This document shows, piece by piece, positions 1 through 11,454 of a stretch of 64,000 nt of DNA; the first letter of the stretch is position 1, and each line of letters starts with the position of its first letter. This DNA is from Octopus sinensis (lineage: Eukaryota), in contig NW_021832396.1 in the NCBI RefSeq assembly GCF_006345805.1, forward strand, positions 4,873 through 68,872, read 5' to 3'. The notes under the pieces are model-generated. The model was given only the letters and a program-made list of their open reading frames with translations. It had not been told where the DNA came from and ran no database searches. The translations under genes and the position numbers were made by a program.

Positions 1-244
1 TGTGTGTGTGTGTGTTTGTGCGTGCGTGTGTGTATGCGTGTGTGTGTGTGCGTGTTTGTGTGTGCGTGCGTGTGCGTGTGCGTGTCTGCGTGTGTGTGTG
101 GCTGTGTGTGCATGTGTGTGTGTGCGATCGTGTGTGTGTTGCATACTGTGTGTTGCGTGTGTGTGTGCGTGCGTGTGTGTTTGTGTGTGTGCGTGTGTGT
201 GTGTGCGTGTGTGTAGTTTGCGTGTGTGTGTGTGCGTGTGTGTT

Positions 245-286
<42 letters not shown>

Positions 287-600
287 CACATATATACATA
301 TATATCTATATCATGTATATATATATATATGTATGTATAATATGTATATATATATATATTATACATATATATATATAACATACATTATATATATATGTAA
401 TATATATATACATACATATGGAGAATACGTTAAACGACGATGATGATGAGATGATGATATACATACATACATATATACATACATGTATATATATCTATGT
501 ATGCATATATGTTATATATATATATATATTATAATATATATATATATACATATATATAGTATATATAATATATAGATATATATATATACATATATATATG

Positions 601-652
<52 letters not shown>

Positions 653-671
653 ATATATATACATATATATG

Positions 672-705
<34 letters not shown>

Positions 706-1018
706 CATCTATATATATATATATATACATATTATATATATTATATATATATACATATATATATATACATATATATATACATATAATATATACATATATA
801 CATACATTATATATATATGTATATATATATATATATGTACATATATATATATATTTCTTTACTACCCACAAGGGGCTAAACACAGAGGGGACAAACAAGG
901 ACAGACAAAGGGGTTAAGTCGATTACATCGATTACATCGACCCCAGTGCGTAACCGGTACTTAATTTATCGACCCCGAAAGGATGAAAGGCAAAGTCCAC
1001 CTTGGCGGAATACATACA

Positions 1019-1049
<31 letters not shown>

Positions 1050-1065
1050 TTATGTATATATATGT

Positions 1066-1102
<37 letters not shown>

Positions 1103-1375
1103 GTATATATATGTGTATATATATATATATAATATATAATATATATATAGATGTATAATATACATATACATACATACATGTATATATATGTATTATGTAT
1201 ATATGTATGTATATATATATATATATTATATATATATAAATATATACATACATATATATATATGTATATATATATATATGTATATGTATATATATATATT
1301 ATATATATATATATATATGTTATATATATACATATATACATACATACATGTATATATATGTATGTATGTATTATG

Positions 1376-1409
<34 letters not shown>

Positions 1410-1432
1410 TATATACATACATTATATATAAT

Positions 1433-1463
<31 letters not shown>

Positions 1464-1615
1464 TTATATACATATATACATACATACATATATACATACA
1501 TATATATGTATGTATATATGTATATATATGTATATATATGTGTATGTATATATGTATATATATATATATTTTGTATATATATATGTATATATATATATTT
1601 ATGTATATATATATG

Positions 1616-1673
<58 letters not shown>

Positions 1674-1690
1674 TGTATATATATATATAC
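1..1690. repeat. Compound (GT)n then (TA)n/(TATG)n microsatellite tract, interrupted by a SINE fragment
   Basis: Directly visible dinucleotide runs; the VCVC/YIYI ORFs here are artefacts. Confidence 0.97.
854..1011 (-). mobile_element. SINE family A (tRNA-derived, octopus-type), 3' portion
   Basis: Matches the reverse complement of the copies at 13112-13327 and 15291-15510 (gaccccgaaaggatgaaaggcaaagtc core). Confidence 0.85.
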
Positions 1691-1722
1691 ACATGGTAAA
1701 CGATCAAGCACACTCAAGCCAA

Positions 1723-1868
1723 GTGAGCACTCAACTTGTTTTATTGCCAAAAGACTTGCAAGGCACCAGGGGCATCAAGGGACAGATTCGCACCCAGAGA
1801 ACATGCTTAACGCTTTATTTTACTGAACCTCCATTTGTCGTTCACCACAAGATATCATCCTGTATGTA
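1723..1868 (+). mobile_element. 3' end of RTE-type LINE (short copy), inverted relative to 1961-2108
   Basis: Near-exact reverse complement of 1961-2108; ends in a tgtatgtatg tail running into (TA)n. Confidence 0.8.
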
Positions 1869-1870
1869 TG

Positions 1871-1954
<84 letters not shown>

Positions 1955-1960
1955 TATTTA

Positions 1961-2915
1961 TACATACAGGATGATATCTTGTGGTGAACGACAAATGGAG
2001 GTTCAGTAAAATAAAGCGTTAAGCATGTTCTCTGGGCGCGAATGTGTCCCTTGATGCCCCCTGGTGCCTTGCAAGTCTTTTGGCAAATAAAACAAGTTTT
2101 GTGCTCACTTTGTTTCTGTGCTTCTGGATCATTTACTGTGTGTTTTCTCGAGTGGACAATAAAGCCTGCTTTGCTTCGTGCCATAAGACCACACTGACGC
2201 TAAGATTTCTATTTAGAGGAACGGTGTTTTGCCAGCGTACCTTCATGCTTGCACGAAGTTGTTCCCGGTGTTGCAGTCGATTTTTCTGAAACCTTAGAAG
2301 AAGCAGGACTAGTGCTAGGTCCTTGCGATCTGGTGGTTTGTTTTTCCAGGAAGAAGAAAAGGGAACATTGCATCGTTTCAGATTGTCTTTTAGTTTGTCT
2401 TTGAAACGCAGGAATGGCCTTCCAACTGACCTTCATGACAGGAATTGGCCCCAGAGAAGTTGCTTCGGAATACTTGAGAGATGACCATACTATCTAACCT
2501 GTATTTTGATGAGGATGACTTTAATACCTGATATGTTGCATTCTGATCGTACCTCACTGTTAGGAATATGGTCGCTCGGTTTTATGTTGGAGGTAGTACG
2601 CACGCATCGCATATGAAAAGCGTCAAGTTGGTTGATGTGCTTTTGGTACAAAGTCCAAGATTCATTACCATAAAGCAATGTTGTCAAAACCAACGACCTA
2701 CATTAACTTTCACCTTTTACGATACCTTGTGGTTGTTACATAGATTGTGATTTCCCGATTGTGGAATCGATTTATTGATCCATTTTCGCATTATTGGACA
2801 CGGTGGATCGAAGACGAGTGAAAGGGGAAACAGTTTTTAATGTTTTTCCCTCAAAATATACAGAAGCTCAGTTTTCTTGATATTGACGGAAAGACCAAAA
2901 GTCTTGGATGCATCG
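1961..2915 (-). mobile_element. RTE-clade LINE, 5'-truncated and degenerate (C-terminal RT region plus 3' UTR)
   Basis: Minus-strand peptides FGLSVNIKKTELL and VLTTLLYGNESWTLYQKHINQLDAFHMRC match RTE post-YADD motifs; stops and frameshifts present. Confidence 0.8.
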
Positions 2916-3852
2916 CAGAGACACAAAGTGACAAAGAGAGGGAGACGTACACACACACACACATACACATACACACACACATTACCACTCCGTCTGCGCA
3001 CACATGTCAACACATACACACACGCACATACAGAGCCACACACACTTTCAAACTCCTTCTGACTACCTATTGATCCGTCCATCTACGCACACATGCAAAC
3101 ACACACGCACGCACGGCTACACCCACCCACTGTAGCTGCTGACTTCTCAGAGCCACATTAAAACACACACACAGATACTATCACACACAAACACACACAC
3201 ATATAAAGTTAGAGAGAGAGAAGAGAGAAGAGAAAGAGAGAGGAGAAAGAGAGAGAGAGGGAGAGAGAGAGAGTAAAGTTTATTTACTAACATAATGTGG
3301 CAGTACTACTTTTTAAAACCACGTCCGGTTAAAAAGTCACGTACGCCAAAATCACACTGCCTTCGTTTACAAAACCAGAGGGCGGTGTTCTAATTCGCGT
3401 TCTGTGGACGAGAAATTATCTAAGCATAATTTTTCCCATTTGTAACAATATAACATCGATTTCTTTGTCTGGCGTAATGGCATATTTTTCCAAATACGCC
3501 AGCTACGCTAATTTGAACTGTCTAAAGTCGAAAGACACCCGTTGTTTTTGTCCTGTTATTATTATTATTATTATTATTGTGTTTTTTGTATTTATATTCG
3601 TGTGGCATCGTCCGTTTTTGTGTCCCTGTTTCGTATCAATTCGATCCTTTTTCAAAGAAATCTAATGCTCGTAGCTTAGTTATTCCATGGGGCTGGCCGG
3701 ATCGGAGCGATCTCAAGATTAATCAGCCGAAATTGCGAGGATGATCCGGTTCTTGACTGAAGATTGAAGACTTCGAATGTCCCGTCCGTGTTTTTTGTAT
3801 CGTCTATCTGGATGTTTTGTGTTCTTGTACCAGTTTGTATTTATATATATAT

Positions 3853-3959
<107 letters not shown>

Positions 3960-3974
3960 ACATATATATGTATA

Positions 3975-4032
<58 letters not shown>

Positions 4033-4146
4033 TATGCATATACATACATACATACATACACACACACATACATACATACACACATACATACATACATACA
4101 TACACACACATATATGTGTGTGTGTGTATGTATGTATGTATGTATG

Positions 4147-4620
4147 TATTTGACTGCGGCCATGCTGGAGCACTGCCTTTAGTCGAGCAAATCGACTAAA
4201 GTACTAGGTTTACAAATTCTAGTACTTATTCTATCGGTCTCTTTTGCCAAACCGCTACGTGACGGGGATGTAAACACACCAGCATCGGTTGACAAGCAAT
4301 GTGGGAGAACACACAAACATATACACACACACATACATACATACACACACATACATACATACATACATACACACACATATATGTGTGTGTGTGTATGTAT
4401 GTATGTATGTATTTGACTGCGGCCATGCTGGAGCACTGCCTTTAGTCGAGCAAATCGACTAAAGTACTAGGTTTACAAATTCTAGTACTTATTCTATCGG
4501 TCTCTTTTGCCAAACCGCTACGTGACGGGGATGTAAACACACCAGCATCGGTTGACAAGCAATGTTGGGAGAACACACAAACATATACACACACACACAT
4601 ACATACATACATACATACAT
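4147..4620 (-). mobile_element. Two tandem 3' halves of SINE family B (263-bp local duplication)
   Basis: tgactgcggccatgctggagcac occurs at 4151 and 4414 with identical downstream sequence including shared private variants. Confidence 0.9.
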
Positions 4621-4820
4621 ACATCATACATACATACATACATATATATAAAGATGAGAATGTGTGTCTGTCTGTGTGTCTGTGTGTCTGTGTGAAACCT
4701 TAAATCTTGAGAAGTACACAACCAATTTCATTTAAATTTTACGCATGCCTTATTTAGGGTCCACGTAATGTCATAGGCCAAAGAAATTTCAAACTTCTTG
4801 CCTTGTACATACATAGATAG

Positions 4821-4887
<67 letters not shown>

Positions 4888-5348
4888 TGCACAAATGTAT
4901 ATATATATATATAGATATATATATATATAGAGAGAGAGAGAGAGGAAAGAGAGGGAAAGATATGCATGTACATATATAGATGTATCTGTATACATGTATA
5001 TGTATAGATGTCTGTCTGTGTGTCAGTGTGAACCCCCAAAACTTGAGAACTACACAACCAATTTCATTCAAATTTTACACATACATTATTGAGGGTCCAT
5101 GTAGTGTCATAGTCCCAAAAAATTTAAAACTTCTTGCCTTGTGCGAGCCCAGAGCAATATCATATCTCCTTCACTATTTCAGTATTACGTGTTAAAAGTG
5201 AAACAATGACATCTCTCTATTGTAATGTCAGATATTTTCAATTTAATACTGAAACTATTAAAGTGAAACTATTATCTCATATATATATTTAGGTATACAT
5301 ACATACATACATATATACACACATATAATATATATATTATGCATATAT

Positions 5349-5400
<52 letters not shown>

Positions 5401-5602
5401 TGCAATATGTATATATATATAGCTGTGTATATATACATGTATATATATATATAGATGTATATATATACGTGTATATATATAGAGAGTATCTGTATACATG
5501 TTTATGTATAGCTGTATATGTATAGATGTATATATATAGATATAGATGTAGATGTATACATGTATATGTGTAGATGTATATATATATATCTATATCTATC
5601 TA

Positions 5603-5633
<31 letters not shown>

Positions 5634-5650
5634 ATATCTATATCTATCTA

Positions 5651-5733
<83 letters not shown>

Positions 5734-5734
<1 letters not shown>

Positions 5735-5915
5735 CGGGAAGGTTTACGAAAATAAACAAAAGACGAAGGCAGGTGGAGTACAAACAAACAAATGTATTAG
5801 TATGGCGCTCAGGAATAGAAATAGAACAAGTCTTTTACGTTTCGAGCCTACGCTCTTCGACAGAAAGATACACAGAAAAGAAACAAGGAGAGAAAAAAAT
5901 GCGTGTAGGAGCTAA
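5734..5915. mobile_element. Interspersed repeat embedded in (TA)n, possibly a Penelope terminal-repeat remnant; related pieces at about 7107-7225 and 9201-9282
   Basis: Shared gggaag..tttacgaaaataaacaaaagacgaaggcaggtgga sequence; the acgtttcgagcctacgctcttc motif resembles Penelope ends (recollection, unverified). Confidence 0.35.
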
Positions 5916-5921
5916 CGATCT

Positions 5922-6037
<116 letters not shown>

Positions 6038-6064
6038 GTATATGTATATATATGTATATGTATA

Positions 6065-6118
<54 letters not shown>

Positions 6119-6512
6119 CATATATATATATGCATACGCCTTATATACGCCCATGCACACACACATACACACAGACAGACCAACCAAACCCTTTTGGGTG
6201 GATTTTGTAGACAGAAACTGAAAGAAATCAATCGTATATATGTATATATATGTAAGTGTACGTGTGTCTTTGTCTCTGTGTTTCCCCCTCGTCACTGCTT
6301 CACAACTGCTGTTCGTTTATTTACACCCCCATAACTTACTGGTTTCACAAGAAGAAACTGATAGAATAAGTACCAGGCTTATCAAAATAAAAAATCACTT
6401 GCCAGTGTCTCACATTTTTCTTTGCCCACTCAGTTGTGTCTATCAATCTATCTTTTGTGTCTATCTGTGTGTAAATATATATATATATATATATATATCA
6501 TTTTCTCTTTTT

Positions 6513-6888
6513 TACTTGTTTCAGTCATTTTGACTGTGGCCATGCTGGAGCACCGCCTTTAATCGAGCAACTTGACCCTGGGACTTACTCATTGTAAGCC
6601 CAGTACTTATTCTCTTGGGTTCCTTTTGCCGAACCGCTAAGTTACGGGGACATAAACACACCAGCATCGGTTGTCAAGCAATGCTAGGGGGACAAACACA
6701 GACACACAAACACACACACGCATATATATATATGTATATATATATGATGGGCTTCTTTTAGTTTCCATCAACCAAATCCACTCACAAGGCTAGAAGACAC
6801 TTGCCCAGTGTGCCACGCAGTGGGACTGAACCCGGAACCATGTGGTTGGTAAACAAGCTACTTACCACACAGCCACTCCTGCGCCTAT
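6513..6888 (-). mobile_element. SINE family B, near full length (tRNA-derived head)
   Basis: Reverse complement of the + copy at 61041-61440; A-box-like tggctgtgtggt and B-box-like gggttcagtccc in the head. Confidence 0.9.
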
Positions 6889-7007
6889 ATATATATATAT
6901 GTTGGCCTGCTCGCTTAGCCAGCAGGGTGGCGTCATTTGAAGGCTAAAACAATGCGAAGCGCATTGTGACCAGCGATTTGTAGCAACATCTGATATCCTG
7001 GTCGGTC

Positions 7008-7039
<32 letters not shown>

Positions 7040-7224
7040 ATATGTTACGCCACACGTATATGTATATATATATATATACTTATATATATATATATATATA
7101 TATATGTAGTTAATCCAAACAAGAAGGCACAAAAAAACACAACAACGCGAGGACGTGGAACAAATATAGTATTATTGGACGCTCAGGAAAGAAGGGAAGA
7201 AGGAGGGTTTAACGTTTCGAGGAG

Positions 7225-7322
7225 GAATGTGTGTGTAAGTGTGGATATGTGCGTGTGCGGAGGTGTGCGTGTGTGTGTATGTGTATGTGTATGTGTGCAA
7301 TGATGACACGTGTGTGTGTGTG

Positions 7323-7355
<33 letters not shown>

Positions 7356-7687
7356 GTGGTTGTGGATGTAGGGCTAGTAGTAGGGCTAGTAGTGTGAAGG
7401 TCGAGGAAGAAGGAGTGGTACCTTTTGTCTCTACCACAGGTCAGTTCTGCTACTTTGAAGTATGTGTGTGTGTGCGTGTATGTATATGTATCGTGTGTGT
7501 GTTTTTTTGTAGTGTGTATGTATGTGTGTGTATGCGTAGAGTTTGGGTGTGTGGCGAATAACTGTGCTTTACTTAGTGTATGTGTAGGTGTGTGATTGTA
7601 CGTGCGTATGTGTGTATACATATATGTATAATTGTGTGCCGTGTGTATGGGATGTATGTGTGGGTTCATTTGTGTGTGTGTGTGTGC

Positions 7688-7777
<90 letters not shown>

Positions 7778-8150
7778 GTGTGTGTGTGCGTGCGTGTCGT
7801 ATGTGTGTGTACGTGTGCGTTTGTATGTGTGTGTGCGTAAGCATATATGGGTGTATATACGTGTATCCGTGGGGTTGTGAGTCTTGGGTGTGTGCATTCG
7901 TGTGCGTGTGTGCGCATGTTTATGTGTGTGTGTCTGTGTGTGTGTGTGTGTCTGTGTCTATATGTGTATACGTAAGTGTATGTGTGTGTACACGTGTAGG
8001 CATATATTGTGTGTATGTATATGTATCGGTGTGTATGTGAATTTGTGTATGCGTGTGTGTGGGTGGGTTTTAGGAGTTGTGTGGGCGTAATGTGCGTGCG
8101 TGTGCTTGTGTGTGTGTGTGTGCTTATATATATACATGTGCGTGTATGTA
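7225..8150. repeat. Degenerate (GT)n/(GTGTAT)n microsatellite
   Basis: Directly visible. Confidence 0.95.
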
Positions 8151-8740
8151 ACTGATAACCTAACGACAGTTCACATTAAAAATATTTATACATTCTGAGG
8201 GAAACGCTTCCTTTTCATTACTTTTCTAAGAATTGTATATATAAAAAAGAGTAAAGAGTATATATATATATGGGTTAGGCAGACACGAGAAGAAAGTAAT
8301 CTCCTCCCTCCCTTCCTCTTATTAGTTACCATTCCTCTACCACCATTTTCCAATTCACTTTCACTTTCTTTCTGAACCATCTTCGTAATAGAAAGCCGTC
8401 GTGTTAGGATCTATGGACCCACAAGATTACAATTCTAGGGAAACGGAGCTAAAGAAATTAAAAGGTAAGACAATTCGGTATACCTCCACATGTACGCCCC
8501 ACCCCCAGCGCATCTGAATTTTCGAAACTCCTCTTCCTAATCACAGAAAATAATAATTCTGATATAATCAAAGTTCTTTTTGTCATATTCGTTTTCTATG
8601 CAGCCGTTAAAAAGAGCGGTCGCAGTGCGCGCACTCGCGCATATGCTTTAATAGTCGTGACTTGTCGATCCTAGCGCGAGTGCGCGTACACGCTTTTACA
8701 TGCTTCAGTCATTTGACTGTGGCCATGCTGGAGCACCACC

Positions 8741-9004
8741 GGATCTTTTCCTTCTGAACGGCACATGTCAACACAATTTCTAGTTAACTAAACACTTTAA
8801 AACTTCGTATAATGGTAGAATGTGTCAAAATAAAACAGTTTTTCTCTTGGCTTTCTTGAGAAAATTGTAATTTGTAAGTTTAACGTAGTTTAATTCTTTG
8901 AATTTTAACCAATCCTACGGCTTCTATTGAGCTAAAATCAATTTTAAAAGTGTTTAGTTAACAAGAAATTGCGTTGAAAACTGCCGTTCAGAAAGAAAAG
9001 TTCC
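8741..9004. mobile_element. MITE with GG..CC terminal inverted repeats and 8-bp TSD (Merlin-like), inserted into a SINE B copy
   Basis: TIR ggatcttttc..tgaacggca / ctgccgttca..gaaaagttcc; flanks gcaccacc / tcaccacc; SINE B sequence resumes after 9012. Confidence 0.8.
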
Positions 9005-9154
9005 TCACCACCTTTAGTCAAGCAAATCGACCCTAGGATTTATTCTTTGGAAGACTATTAATTAATCTATCGGTCTCTTTTGATGAACCGCTAAGTTACA
9101 GGGACGTAAACACATCACCATCGGTTGTCAAGAAAGGCCCCCCCCCACACACAC

Positions 9155-9202
<48 letters not shown>

Positions 9203-9304
9203 CGGGAAGCTTTATGAAAATAAACAAAAGACGAAGGCAGGTGGAAAACAAACGAACAATTGTATTAGTATGGCACTCAGGATATATATATATACATATA
9301 TACA

Positions 9305-9563
9305 TCGCTTCGATTTACCCACCTGTTACACCAACACTTCCGCCCCTGAACCCTAACTCTATAAACTAGTGCAAGCCCTGGTTTTTTCCCCTACTCGATT
9401 TTTCAATTCCTGCCGATAGAACACGGATCTCAGAAGATGCCGAGATAAGGAAAATTTTGACTTCACAACCTCGTTCATGTTCTCCATGTTTAATGCGTAG
9501 ATCGTAACCCTAATGCCACCCCCATTCGTTCTCTATAATTATTATTATTATTATTTTTAAAAA

Positions 9564-9608
<45 letters not shown>

Positions 9609-10660
9609 GTTTGACTTTTGCTTTATATTTATACATGTTGGCCCCAAGTCTCACCCGGAGACCTCAAGAGACAACAGGTTGGAAGTTCACGTTGTTGTTA
9701 TGCCTAGTGTGCCATATATTTGGTTGTTTTTTGTGTTGTACTGGTAGATGTCTAAAAAAAAATGTTTGCTTTAATCCTTGCAATTACATAGAAAGTATTT
9801 TGCGTAGGATATGAGCAGTTCCCATGAGCACTATCTTTTGAATTTCTGCCATTTTTGGGTTTCCTGGTATATTAGCTTATTATTATTGTTATTATTATTA
9901 TTATCATTATTATTATTATTATTATTATAATCATCTTTATCATTATTATTATTATATTATCTATCTCATTCTCTATCACGTAAGCATAGCACCGATAGCT
10001 TTGTCTTCCTGCTTGCCTTAAGATCATGCTTATCTGTTAAATCAAAATGTCTCATTTATTTATCCTTCCTAACCAAGGTTATCATTTCGTTCATCCATTC
10101 TCTTTAATTTCTCTAGCCATAATATACAAGGGCAGAAGACGATGCTCTAGTCTAAACTCGCCCAAACTCCCTAAGAATTTCTCTCTCGCTCGTATTTACT
10201 GCCTGACTACCCAGCTCTGACCTCGCTCTCTCCGTCTCATTGTCTCCTCCAATTTACCACTGCTGTTTCTTTAAATTATGTTTCCCAAAATCTGAAAATA
10301 TTTTTCGATTCTATCTCAGGATTTCGGCATTTGATGTTCCGTTAATTTATCTCACCGAGTACCCCTAAGAATTTCTTCCTTCTCCCTCGTGGTGTATTTA
10401 CTGCTTGTCCCCTCTCTTTCTCTCTCTCGCTTCGATTTACCCACCTGTTACACGAACACTTCCCCCCTTTAACCTTAACTCTATAAACTAGTGCAAGCCC
10501 TGGTTTTTTCCCCTACTCGATTTTTCAATTCCTGCCGATAGAACACGGATCTCAGAAGATGCCGAGAAATGGAAAATTTTGACTTCACAACCTCGTTCAT
10601 GTTCTCCATGTTTAATGCGTAGATCGTAACCCTAATGCCACTCCTCCTTCGTTCTCTATA

Positions 10661-10692
<32 letters not shown>

Positions 10693-10920
10693 GATTATTA
10701 TTATTATTATCATTATTATTATTATTATCATTATTATTATTATTATTATTATAATCATCTTTATCATTATTATTATTATATTATCTATCTCATTCTCTAT
10801 CACGTAAACATAGCACCGATAGCTTCGTCTTCCTGCTTGTCTTAAGATCATGCATATCTGTTAAATCAAAATGTCTCATTCATTCATTTCTTTATTTATT
10901 TATCCTTCCTAACCAAGATA
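9305..10920. repeat. Local duplication (about 9305-10080 and 10427-10920) built around an (ATT)n tract; third partial copy at about 11040-11130
   Basis: tcgcttcgatttacccacctgttacac... and atcatctttatcattattattatt..atattatctatctcattc blocks each occur twice. Confidence 0.85.
9607..9876 (-). mobile_element. 5'-truncated 3' end of an R4/Dong-clade LINE inside (ATT)n
   Basis: Minus-strand translation ANIPGNPKMAEIQKIVLMGTAHILRKILSM* is homologous to the C-terminus IQKISLLGTAHILCRTLSIQ* of the element at 11452-14733. Confidence 0.8.
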
Positions 10921-11214
10921 TTTATAGAAAATTTCATTACAAAATATCCATTCTATGATGTTATTCAAGTGTTTAAGTCTTCACTGATAATGGGGGGAAA
11001 CATTAGGCCAAGTGTTCAAGTACTCTGTTTGAACTGATTTTTCAATTCCTGCCGATAGAACACGGATCTCAGAAGATGCCGAGAAATGGAAAATTTTGAC
11101 ATATTTAATGCGTAGATCGTAACCCTAATGCCCTCCCCCTTCGTTTTTTTTTTCTTTTTTTTTTGTACTTGTTTCAGTCATTTGACTGCGGCCATGCTGG
11201 AGCACCGCCTTTTA

Positions 11215-11365
11215 GAGTACAGCAGGGATCACCACCTCCTGCCGGAGCCTCGTCGAGCTTTTAGGCGTTTTCGCTCAATAAACACACACAACGCCTGGTC
11301 TGGGAATCGAAACCGCGATCCTCCGACCGCAAGTTCGCTGCCCTAACCACTAGGCCATTGCGCCA
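11215..11365 (-). mobile_element. tRNA-headed SINE fragment (family D-like)
   Basis: Reverse complement begins ggcgcaatggcctagtggttaggg...ggtttcgattccc (A and B boxes) followed by a non-tRNA body. Confidence 0.6.
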
Positions 11366-11396
11366 TTCTCTATTATTATTATTATTATTATTATTA

Positions 11397-11451
<55 letters not shown>

Positions 11452-11454
<3 letters not shown>

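Noticed and set aside
8392-8464. Exon-like segment (tag acceptor, MDPQDYNSRETELKKLK, donor gtaaga)
   Set aside because: Plausible splice sites, but it is out of frame with the signal exon, 8 kb away, and has no recognisable homology; left unassigned.
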